Notes under the pieces: model-generated
The model's database searches: none
Told to the model about the DNA's origin: nothing
The model's input: only the letters and a program-made list of their open reading frames with translations
Made by a program: the position numbers and the translations under genes
Assembly: GCA_046262595.1 (NCBI GenBank)
Contig: JBHEMM010000038.1
Span: forward strand, 9,723-20,337
Origin: Vulcanimicrobiaceae bacterium
Lineage (GTDB): Bacteria; Vulcanimicrobiota; Vulcanimicrobiia; Vulcanimicrobiales; Vulcanimicrobiaceae
DNA length: 10,615 bases
Direction: 5' to 3'
Part shown: one piece after another, positions 1 through 7,071 of the stretch
Layout: every line of letters starts with the position of its first letter
Numbering within the stretch: position 1 is the stretch's first letter

Positions 1-375
1 GTGCTGGCGGCGCTGATCCACTCCATGCCGCTGCTGGTCAAATCGGCGCGCGCGGCGTTCGAATCGGTGGACCGCAGTTATGAGCGCGCGGCGCGCACGC
101 TGGGCGCCGGCAACGCGCGAATCTTTTTCCGCGTCGCTCTGCCGCTTGCCGCACCGGGCATCGCGGCCGGAATGATGCTTGCGTGGATGCGCGCCATCGG
201 CGAATACGGCGCCACATCGATCCTTGCATATCATCCGGCATCGCTTCCAGTGCAACTGTACGTCACGCTTTCCTCGCAAGGCGTTGGTGCGGCGCTCGCG
301 CTGACATACGGCTTCGTTGTGCTTGCGGCCATTGTGCTTGGCGCACAATGGGCGCTCCGGCGGCGCGTCGTATAG
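1..375 (+). CDS. modB: ABC transporter permease, molybdate ModB/CysT-like, 5'-truncated by the window edge
   Basis: EAA loop (FESVDRSYERAARTLGAG), then RVALPLAAPGIAAG and RAIGEYGAT, typical of ModB/CysTW permeases; C-terminal TM helix. The GTG at position 1 is probably internal. Substrate assignment is inferred. Confidence 0.75.
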   Translation: MLAALIHSMPLLVKSARAAFESVDRSYERAARTLGAGNARIFFRVALPLAAPGIAAGMMLAWMRAIGEYGATSILAYHPASLPVQLYVTLSSQGVGAALALTYGFVVLAAIVLGAQWALRRRVV

Positions 376-382
376 CGGCCGT

Positions 383-1279
383 ATGACGCTTGTGGATCGA
401 TTCTTCGCACCCGATTCGCTGTTTTCGACGAGATTTTTCTTTCTTGCAAGGCGGTTCGTCGCCGGTGAAACCATCGAATCCGCGATCGAGGCGGTGCGCC
501 GGATCAACACCGACGGCATGACGGCAACGCTGGATTTCTTGGGCGAGGACGTGCTCGAGCGCGAAGCCGCCGTAAAGGCGCGCGAAGCCTACGCGCGCAT
601 GTCGGATGCAATAGCGGCGGCGCACGTTCGCAGCAACGTTTCGGTGAAACTCACCGCGATGGGGCTGCTCGCCGATGAAGACTTCGCGCTCGAGAACCTT
701 CAGGCCGTGCTCGACTACGCGCGCGCAGTCAACCCGGATCCGTTCGTGCGCATCGACATGGAAGGGTCCGCGGTGACGGATGCAACGCTGCGCGTCTTCG
801 AACGCGCGTACGCGAACAATCCGAACGTCGGCCCCGTACTGCAAGCGTACTTGAAGCGCACGCCGCAGGACGTCGAACGCGCGATCGAGCTGAAAGCGCG
901 GGTGCGCATCTGCAAAGGCGCTTACAGTGAGCCGGCCGGGATCGCGCTCAAAGAGATGCCGCAGATCCGGGCGCAATACATGAAGTGCGCTCAGGCACTG
1001 CTCTCGCGCGGCAATTATCCAGGCATCGCAACACACGACCCGGAGTTGATCGAACTGGTAAAAAGTTATGCGCGCGCGAACGGCATCGGCGCGAGCCGCT
1101 TCGAATTCCAGATGCTCTACGGCGTGCGTCCGGCGCTTCAAAAGCAATTGGCCGCGCAAGGCTACAACGTGCGCATCTACGTGCCGTTCGGAACGCATTG
1201 GGCGGGTTATTTCTACCGCCGCGTGATGGAACGGCGCGAAAACCTCGTCTTCGCGCTCACCTCCATGTTTGCTAAATAG
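383..1279 (+). CDS. putB: Monofunctional proline dehydrogenase (PutB/ProDH family), 298 aa
   Basis: Motifs RRFVAGE, LDFLGE, SVKLTAMG, VRIDME, RICKGAY, IATHD, EFQMLYG, IYVPFG, YFYRRVMER. Start placed at ATG 383, 7 nt after the upstream stop, rather than at 317. Confidence 0.93.
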   Translation: MTLVDRFFAPDSLFSTRFFFLARRFVAGETIESAIEAVRRINTDGMTATLDFLGEDVLEREAAVKAREAYARMSDAIAAAHVRSNVSVKLTAMGLLADEDFALENLQAVLDYARAVNPDPFVRIDMEGSAVTDATLRVFERAYANNPNVGPVLQAYLKRTPQDVERAIELKARVRICKGAYSEPAGIALKEMPQIRAQYMKCAQALLSRGNYPGIATHDPELIELVKSYARANGIGASRFEFQMLYGVRPALQKQLAAQGYNVRIYVPFGTHWAGYFYRRVMERRENLVFALTSMFAK

Positions 1280-1287
1280 CGCACGCC

Positions 1288-1737
1288 GTGCGCGCGGTGA
1301 TTCAGCGCGTGTCGCGCGCGACTGTCAGCGTCGGCGCCGCCGTGCATGGCAGCATCTCAACGGGCCTCATGGTGCTGCTCGGCGTCGGCGTGGACGACGG
1401 CGAATCCGACGCACAAGCGATGGCGGCCAAGATCGCAAACTTGCGCATTTTCCGCGACGAAGCAGGGCTGATGAACCGCAGCGTCCTCGAGGTGCGGGGC
1501 AGCGTGCTGCTCGTCTCGCAGTTCACGCTGCACGGCGATGCACGAAAAGGGCGCCGCCCCCCGTTTGTGACGGCGGCGCGCGAAGACGCCGCCAAACCGC
1601 TCTACGAGCGTGCCGGCGCGCTTCTCGAAGCGATGGGTATCCCGGTCGCTTACGGCGTCTTCGGCGCCGATATGGACGTGGAACTCGTCAACGACGGTCC
1701 CGTGTCGATTCTTATCGACACGAAGAAAGCGTTCTAA
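1288..1737 (+). CDS. dtd: D-aminoacyl-tRNA deacylase
   Basis: MRAVIQRV N-terminus, LRIF, VSQFTL, KGRRP, GVFGADMDVELVNDGPV; 149 aa, the expected size. GTG start 8 nt after the putB stop. Confidence 0.97.
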   Translation: MRAVIQRVSRATVSVGAAVHGSISTGLMVLLGVGVDDGESDAQAMAAKIANLRIFRDEAGLMNRSVLEVRGSVLLVSQFTLHGDARKGRRPPFVTAAREDAAKPLYERAGALLEAMGIPVAYGVFGADMDVELVNDGPVSILIDTKKAF

Positions 1738-1741
1738 AGCG

Positions 1742-3184
1742 TTACGAACTCGCGTCCGGCAAACGCTCGATGCGCAAGATTTTGTCCGACTCCACCAGAC
1801 GCGGCAGGACGTCGAAGCCGCCGATCATGCGCCCGAAAACACTGAAGTCGCGGTTGAGATGGAACTGCGGCGAGAGCGTGATGTAAAACTCGCTTCCCGC
1901 GGAATCCCGCTTAGCGTGCGCGTTCGGCGGGTTGGTGTAATCCAGTCCCATCGCGATGATGTAGCTGCTCTGTTCGATCGGGTTTTCTTCGGCGACCGTC
2001 GTATAGCCCACGCCCGGCGCGTTCGCCGACGGGTCGCCGCTCTGCACGACGAAATCCGGCACGATGCGAAACCACGGATTGTTGTCGTAGTAGCCGCCGC
2101 TCGCTAAATTCATGAAGTTCTCGACCGTCAGCGGCGCCCATTCGGGATACAGCTCGATGTAGATGTTGCCTTGCGTCGTCACGATGCGCATGCGCGGGTG
2201 CGGCCCGGGCTGCGGGCCCGTGAACTGCGCGGCCGAACGGACGCTGAACGCCGGCACCGGGATAATTTTCTCCGCTTGCGGCGGCCCGTACTTGCCGCGG
2301 TGCGGCGCGCGCGCCAATGCCTTTACGCCTGCGAACGGATCGCGCACCCGCGGCGGAAGATGAATGCCGGGCGCGATGGCCTTCAAATGCTCGGCCGGCT
2401 TACCGCCGCGAAGCACCTTAAGCGATTCGAGCGCCTGTTCTTGAACGCGCCACGAAGCGTCGCGCGTGAGCGGCGCCAGCAATGGGATGCCCGACCGCGC
2501 GCCGCGCTTACCGAGCGCGCGAGCCGCTTCGATTCGCACGATCTCGTCGGGATCGGTCAATTCTGTCTTGAGCGCGGCAAGCGGCGCGCGCTTCGCATAG
2601 CCGCGGAACAGCGTCCAGGCGATGTGCCCGCGCACGTCCGCGTCTCGTTCACGGGCGTATGCCTGCGTCAAGCGTGAAGCCGCAAACGCCGCTTGCGATC
2701 CGGTTGAGAATGCTTCCAGCGCCGTCGCAGCACGCGCGCGCACCGTCGCAGAGCCGGCGCGCAGCAGTGCGGCCGTCTCGCGTGCGGCAGCCGGCTCGGC
2801 TGCGCCGAATCCATGTGCCGTTTCCAAGCGCGCCGCCGCATCGAGCGCAGCGATGCGCACGACGGCCTGGCCGTCCCGCAGGGCCCCCACAACCGCCGGA
2901 GCACAAGACGGCGTACCGACGAGACCGAGTCCGTAGATCGCCAAGGCGCGAACGCCGGTGCTGTTATCGTGAGAGCGCGCGAGAAGCAAGGGGACCCCTG
3001 CGGGCTGTTTCGTACGGCCGATCGCCAGCTCGGCTCGCTGGACGACATGCACGTCATGCGAACGCAGCGCGGCCGCCAACCCTCCTGCACCAAGCGAGCG
3101 CTCCTGCTCGAAATGCACGATGCTGCCGAGCGCCAGCACGTATGCCGAGGCCAAAATCACGGACCCCGCTATTCCCTTAAGCAA
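1742..3184 (-). CDS. Exported HEAT-repeat protein with a C-terminal cyclophilin-type peptidyl-prolyl isomerase domain
   Basis: Hydrophobic N-terminus; about six HEAT-like units (e.g. DPDEIVRIEAARALGK, DASWRVQEQALESL); Pro-rich linker; cyclophilin motifs TTQGNIYIELYPEWAPLTVENF, FRIVPDFVVQSGDP, SAGSEFYIT, SVFGRM. The TTG start is uncertain. Confidence 0.88.
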   Translation of the reverse strand: MLKGIAGSVILASAYVLALGSIVHFEQERSLGAGGLAAALRSHDVHVVQRAELAIGRTKQPAGVPLLLARSHDNSTGVRALAIYGLGLVGTPSCAPAVVGALRDGQAVVRIAALDAAARLETAHGFGAAEPAAARETAALLRAGSATVRARAATALEAFSTGSQAAFAASRLTQAYARERDADVRGHIAWTLFRGYAKRAPLAALKTELTDPDEIVRIEAARALGKRGARSGIPLLAPLTRDASWRVQEQALESLKVLRGGKPAEHLKAIAPGIHLPPRVRDPFAGVKALARAPHRGKYGPPQAEKIIPVPAFSVRSAAQFTGPQPGPHPRMRIVTTQGNIYIELYPEWAPLTVENFMNLASGGYYDNNPWFRIVPDFVVQSGDPSANAPGVGYTTVAEENPIEQSSYIIAMGLDYTNPPNAHAKRDSAGSEFYITLSPQFHLNRDFSVFGRMIGGFDVLPRLVESDKILRIERLPDASS

Positions 3185-3287
3185 ATCGTTACCAACTTTC
3201 TCGACCGCACGTGCGTTCTAGTATATGGAGCATGAGATTGCCGTCCTTCTCGGGCGGCGCGACAGCAGAGGATAAGAAAGTTTTATA

Positions 3288-3635
3288 ATGAGCAACCCAA
3301 CGGGTCCGGCACCTAAAAAAGCCGGGGGGATGACGGTTCGCGAGGCCGGCCAAAAAGGCGGCGAAACCGTGAAAAAGAAGTACGGTCCCGAATTTTACGA
3401 ACAGATCGGCCGCAAGGGCGGCGAGGCCACGAAAAGCGCGCACGGTCACGCCTTCTACGAGCAAATCGGTAAGAAGGGTGGCAAGAAAGGCGGCGAAGCG
3501 ACGCGCGACCGCTACGGCCCGAACTTTTACGAGCAGATCGGACAAAAAGGTGGCCAAAAAGTCAAGCAACTCATCGAAGAAGGCAAGCGTGCCGCAGCTG
3601 CAGCCAAACTCGAACAAGAGAAAAAAGCCAGTTAA
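3288..3635 (+). CDS. GsiB/Em-like (group 1 LEA, KGG-repeat) hydrophilic general stress protein
   Basis: MTVREAGQKGG followed by three 20-aa repeats of the form KGGExxxxxxGxxFYEQIGx, the hallmark of GsiB/Em hydrophilins; GAGGA and an AT-rich leader upstream. Confidence 0.88.
   Translation: MSNPTGPAPKKAGGMTVREAGQKGGETVKKKYGPEFYEQIGRKGGEATKSAHGHAFYEQIGKKGGKKGGEATRDRYGPNFYEQIGQKGGQKVKQLIEEGKRAAAAAKLEQEKKAS
3354..3545 (+). repeat. Three degenerate 60-bp coding repeats within the hydrophilin gene
   Basis: Units at 3354-3413, 3414-3473 and 3486-3545, each starting AARGGCGGCGAR and containing TTYTACGARCARATCGG near its end; a 12-bp KGGK insert lies at 3474-3485. Confidence 0.9.
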
Positions 3636-4386
3636 CCCCGCGCGCACGGGCGCATTGCTGCTGGCGGCAGTTTCTGCCGCCGCAGCGATGTACGTCAACA
3701 CCGGAACGGCGAAGGCAATCGTTCTGCCCACGCCGCCGCCGCCGCCGCGCGTCGAGCCGACATCAACGCCCACCGGAACCCCGAACTCGACCGTTCTGCC
3801 GCTCAACTCGAGTTTATTTTTTGTTCTCGACGACACGGTGAGCTCTCGCACGAAGCCCGGTACGCTTGCGCGCGCGCACCTGCGCGATGCGATCGTGCTC
3901 GGCGGCGCCACGCTTGCGCCGGCCGGCGCGCCCGTGGAGATCGTGGTTTCGCAAAGTTCCGCCGCGCAAATGGGAAACGTCGACGGCACCGTAGAGATGT
4001 ACTTTAAAGATCTTCGTCTTCAAGGAGGGCGGTCGCTACCGCTCACCACGCCGAGCGCGCGGATCAATCCGCGCATGACGGCGGGTCAGGAATCCACGCG
4101 CGGCGTCACGGACACGGTCGGTGACATCTTTATCCCCGGGCATTTCCTCTACCACATGCTGCGCAAAGGCGCGGACGTCACGCTGCGTCCGGGAACCGTC
4201 ATCCGGGCCCGCACTGCCGCGGCGCTGAGCGTTGCGCGCGGAACCGTGGCCGTCAGCACGCCCGCACCCTTCACGAGCGCCTCCGATACGCCGCACCCGT
4301 CTTTCTCCGTCGCGCCGCTGGCGACGCCTCCGGGATTCGTTCCAAAAACGCCGAAGCCGTCGCCCAGTCCGACAAAGTCGCCGTAA
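3589..4386 (+). CDS. Exported Pro/Thr-rich hypothetical protein with a VirB10/TrbI-like beta domain
   Basis: Basic N-region KRKK, hydrophobic ALLLAAVSAAAA and AKA cleavage-like site; PTPPPPP linker; core LDDTVSS...HLRDAIVLGGATLAPAGAPVEIVV...DGTVEMYFKDLRL...DVTLRPGTVI resembles stand-alone VirB10-like domains. Start uncertain: GTG 3589 (GAAGG upstream) preferred, TTG 3655 is an alternative. Confidence 0.65.
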   Translation: MPQLQPNSNKRKKPVNPARTGALLLAAVSAAAAMYVNTGTAKAIVLPTPPPPPRVEPTSTPTGTPNSTVLPLNSSLFFVLDDTVSSRTKPGTLARAHLRDAIVLGGATLAPAGAPVEIVVSQSSAAQMGNVDGTVEMYFKDLRLQGGRSLPLTTPSARINPRMTAGQESTRGVTDTVGDIFIPGHFLYHMLRKGADVTLRPGTVIRARTAAALSVARGTVAVSTPAPFTSASDTPHPSFSVAPLATPPGFVPKTPKPSPSPTKSP

Positions 4387-4396
4387 GAGAGGAATC

Positions 4397-5077
4397 ATGA
4401 AACGACTGCTTCTTGGCGTAGCGCTATTGGCGTTTGCGACCATGGCTGCTGCCCCGAAGACGAAACTTCCCGACAAACCGTTACCCGCCGAAGCGGCGTT
4501 CGTGGCGACGGCCACGCAAGATCTCAACAGCAAATACAAGACGCCGGCGGACGCTGAAAAAGACGGCTACTTCCGCTACACCAACGAAGACTCGACGGGC
4601 GCGATCAGCTACGCGAATCTGAAATGGAACAGCGCCGCCGATCCGCAGCATCCGCAGCCCAGCCAACTGTGGTACGACGTGAAAGGCCGTTTGATCGGCG
4701 CCGACTTCTCGGTACCGCTTACCAAGGCGAACAACAACGCTCCGCCGGTGCTCTGGGGTTTGGACGCACAGCGCTGGATGACGTTCAAGCACGCGCACGT
4801 GCACTACATCCTGAAAGATCCGAAGGGCACGATGACGTACGGCCGCGCCGTGAGCGGCAAATCGTATCTGGCAGCCGGCGGCAATTTCGATGCGCCTACA
4901 GCGGCGCCGCTCGTAAAGATGAAGAAAGCGGCCGCGGCGGCCCGTGTCGCGAAAGTCTTCGTTTTCCCCGCGCAATATGACATCGAAATTTGGCTCACGC
5001 CTAATCCGCTCGGCGCGTTTGCCGCGAAAGACCCGCTGATCCACCCGAGCGCCGCAGCGGAAAAACCGCAGATGTAA
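4397..5077 (+). CDS. Secreted hypothetical protein, 226 aa
   Basis: SD GAGAGGA before ATG 4397; classic signal peptide MKRLLLGVALLAFATMAAA; GC-rich third codon positions; globular mature part with HAHVHY. Confidence 0.85.
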   Translation: MKRLLLGVALLAFATMAAAPKTKLPDKPLPAEAAFVATATQDLNSKYKTPADAEKDGYFRYTNEDSTGAISYANLKWNSAADPQHPQPSQLWYDVKGRLIGADFSVPLTKANNNAPPVLWGLDAQRWMTFKHAHVHYILKDPKGTMTYGRAVSGKSYLAAGGNFDAPTAAPLVKMKKAAAAARVAKVFVFPAQYDIEIWLTPNPLGAFAAKDPLIHPSAAAEKPQM

Positions 5078-5110
5078 AGGCGCACACCGTTTGCAAATGC
5101 CGGTCGAACG

Positions 5111-5767
5111 CTACTTGTTCAGCGCGCAGTGTTGCTCGACAAGAGCGATCGCCTGATTTGCCGCGGCGTCTTCCGCTTGGCCCAGGATGTCGCGCTGGCC
5201 GTCGAAGCGCAGATAACTTTTGATGCTGCGCATCTCCGCCGGCATCTGCGCCTCGCTCATCTCTTCCTGAAAAACGTCCAAGTTCGCCGGCGGACGGTAC
5301 TCCATCATGGCTTGAATGACGCCGCCCAGGTCGGTGGAAAGCTGCATCTGCTTGTTATACGCGAGCTGCAGTTTTTCGGCTGCTAGATGCAGCTGCGCCG
5401 CCTGCGCCTTGTCCGCCGTAAGCGTCTCGCCGTTACGCAGCAGGTTAATCTGCATCTGCACGGCGGGCAAGCTTCTCCGGATATCGCCCACGTACGTTAT
5501 GAGTTTCACGCGCGTGTCCGAATACCGGATTTGATAATCCGCGTGATGGAAGATATCCGAGAAATTGGTAAGCTGGACGTCCACCAGATCGAGGTCGCGA
5601 TCGTTTGCGAGCATCGGTGCGACGGCGGCGTTGAAATGCTGTCCGATCGAGGTGCAAAACGGCGTCGAACGCACGGTCGCGATCGTCTTGAGCTGCGCTC
5701 CGGGCGCGGCGGTTGGGGCGGCGGTGGGCGATGCGGTCAGCAGTGCCAGGACGATCTCGAGAAACAT
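5111..5767 (-). CDS. Secreted alpha-helical hypothetical protein, 218 aa
   Basis: Hydrophobic N-terminus MFLEIVLALLTA, SPTAAPTAAP linker, amphipathic helical remainder, two Cys near the termini; starts 23 nt after the rpoD stop on the same strand. Confidence 0.8.
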   Translation of the reverse strand: MFLEIVLALLTASPTAAPTAAPGAQLKTIATVRSTPFCTSIGQHFNAAVAPMLANDRDLDLVDVQLTNFSDIFHHADYQIRYSDTRVKLITYVGDIRRSLPAVQMQINLLRNGETLTADKAQAAQLHLAAEKLQLAYNKQMQLSTDLGGVIQAMMEYRPPANLDVFQEEMSEAQMPAEMRSIKSYLRFDGQRDILGQAEDAAANQAIALVEQHCALNK

Positions 5768-5790
5768 GGGGTGTGCTTCGCCTTTAGGCC

Positions 5791-6978
5791 CTACTCGTTG
5801 GACCAGTAATCCTTAAGCGCTTTGCCGCGCGAGGGGTGGCGCAGCTTGCGCAGCGCTTTTGCTTCTATCTGACGGATGCGCTCGCGCGTGACGCCGAACT
5901 CCTGGCCGACTTCCTCGAGGGTGCGCTGGTGGCCGTCTTCCAAGCCGAACCGCAGCACCAGCACCTTGCGCTCGCGCTCCGTGAGGTTTTGCAAAACGTC
6001 TTGCATCTTTTCTTTGAGCAGCATGACGGACGCCGCCTCCGCGGGGGCGACCGCTTCCTGATCTTCGATGAAATCGCCCAAGTGCGAATCTTCTTCTTCG
6101 CCGATCGGCGTCTCGAGCGAGATCGGCTCCTGGCTAATCTTGATCACTTCGCGGACTTTTTCGGGCGTAAGTCCCATCTCCGCAGCGATCTCTTCGACCG
6201 ACGGATCGCGGCCGAGCTCTTGCAGCAGCTGGCGCGAAATCTTTATCAGCCGGTTGATCGTTTCGACCATGTGGACGGGGATGCGGATCGTGCGCGCCTG
6301 GTCGGCCAGCGCCCGCGTAATCGCTTGGCGGATCCACCACGTGGCATACGTCGAAAACTTGTAGCCTTTGCGGTAATCGAACTTTTCGACCGCGCGAATC
6401 AAACCGAGATTGCCCTCCTGAATCAAGTCCAAAAAGAGCATGCCGCGGCCCACATATTTTTTTGCGATCGAGACGACCAAACGCAGGTTGGCTTCGGTGA
6501 GTTGGCGTTTCGCCTCTTCGCCTTGACCGATCGTGACTTGATTCGCTGTACCGTTGCGGGCCGTTTCCCGCTCGCCCGCCTCGATCTTCATGGCCAGGTT
6601 TTTTTCATCTTCCATGGACAGAAGCGGCACCCGTCCGATCTCTTTGAGATACATGCGGACCGGATCGTCCAGCGCTAAACCGGGCGGCGCAACTTCCTCC
6701 GCGCGACCTTCCTCGGCTTCTTTCTGCTCTTCTTCGGCTTCTTCGACGACTTCGATTCCGGCAGCGTTCAGGTCGGTCATCAAATCTTCGAAGATCTCCG
6801 CTTCGTTGAGTTCCTCGCGGGTTTCGGCCAAGCGCCCGACTTCCAGATTGATTTCATCAAGCGTGATGGAACCGCGCTTCTTGCCGCGCTCCAGCAGCCG
6901 CTTTTTTAGTTCTTCGAGGGAAACCGGCGCGGCTTCGGCGGTCGCGCCGTTGGATGAAACGGATTTTTTACGCGGCAT
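5791..6978 (-). CDS. rpoD: Primary RNA polymerase sigma-70 factor (RpoD/SigA), 395 aa
   Basis: Acidic region 1.1; region 1.2 [12 protein letters not shown]; 2.x [40 protein letters not shown]; region 4 [20 protein letters not shown]; directly downstream of dnaG; no large non-conserved region. Confidence 0.99.
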   Translation of the reverse strand: MPRKKSVSSNGATAEAAPVSLEELKKRLLERGKKRGSITLDEINLEVGRLAETREELNEAEIFEDLMTDLNAAGIEVVEEAEEEQKEAEEGRAEEVAPPGLALDDPVRMYLKEIGRVPLLSMEDEKNLAMKIEAGERETARNGTANQVTIGQGEEAKRQLTEANLRLVVSIAKKYVGRGMLFLDLIQEGNLGLIRAVEKFDYRKGYKFSTYATWWIRQAITRALADQARTIRIPVHMVETINRLIKISRQLLQELGRDPSVEEIAAEMGLTPEKVREVIKISQEPISLETPIGEEEDSHLGDFIEDQEAVAPAEAASVMLLKEKMQDVLQNLTERERKVLVLRFGLEDGHQRTLEEVGQEFGVTRERIRQIEAKALRKLRHPSRGKALKDYWSNE

Positions 6979-6986
6979 TGTTTTTG

Positions 6987-6998
6987 CACCCCCTTTCC
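6987..6998 (-). promoter_or_regulatory. Shine-Dalgarno sequence of rpoD
   Basis: Minus strand reads GGAAAGGGGGTG-CAAAAACA-ATG. Confidence 0.8.
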
Positions 6999-7071
6999 TG
7001 TTTAACTTTAATGGATGACGGCGTTCCCCACGTTTCGCGAAGCGCCCGGATATCTCATCGGCGCAGCGGGG

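Noticed and set aside
263..1198. 311-aa antisense ORF over putB (likewise 5836-6678, 7372-8412 and 3189-3989)
   Set aside because: Shadow ORFs expected from high-GC codon bias opposite well-supported genes; no recognisable motifs.
3190..3235. SigB-type promoter for the GsiB-like gene
   Set aside because: No GTTT...GGGTAT match at a suitable spacing.
3354..3545. Regularly spaced repeats as a possible CRISPR array
   Set aside because: The repeats are in frame, vary at synonymous positions, encode GsiB-type units, and no cas genes are present.
5078..5110. Palindrome CGTTTGCAAATG between convergent genes as a terminator
   Set aside because: No GC-rich stem with a loop and no U-tract on either strand.
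5776..5792. AGGGCCT...GAAG shared upstream of dnaG and the 5767 gene (minus strand)
   Set aside because: The spacing differs (10 versus 18 nt between AGG and GAA), and a 7-mer match can arise by chance.
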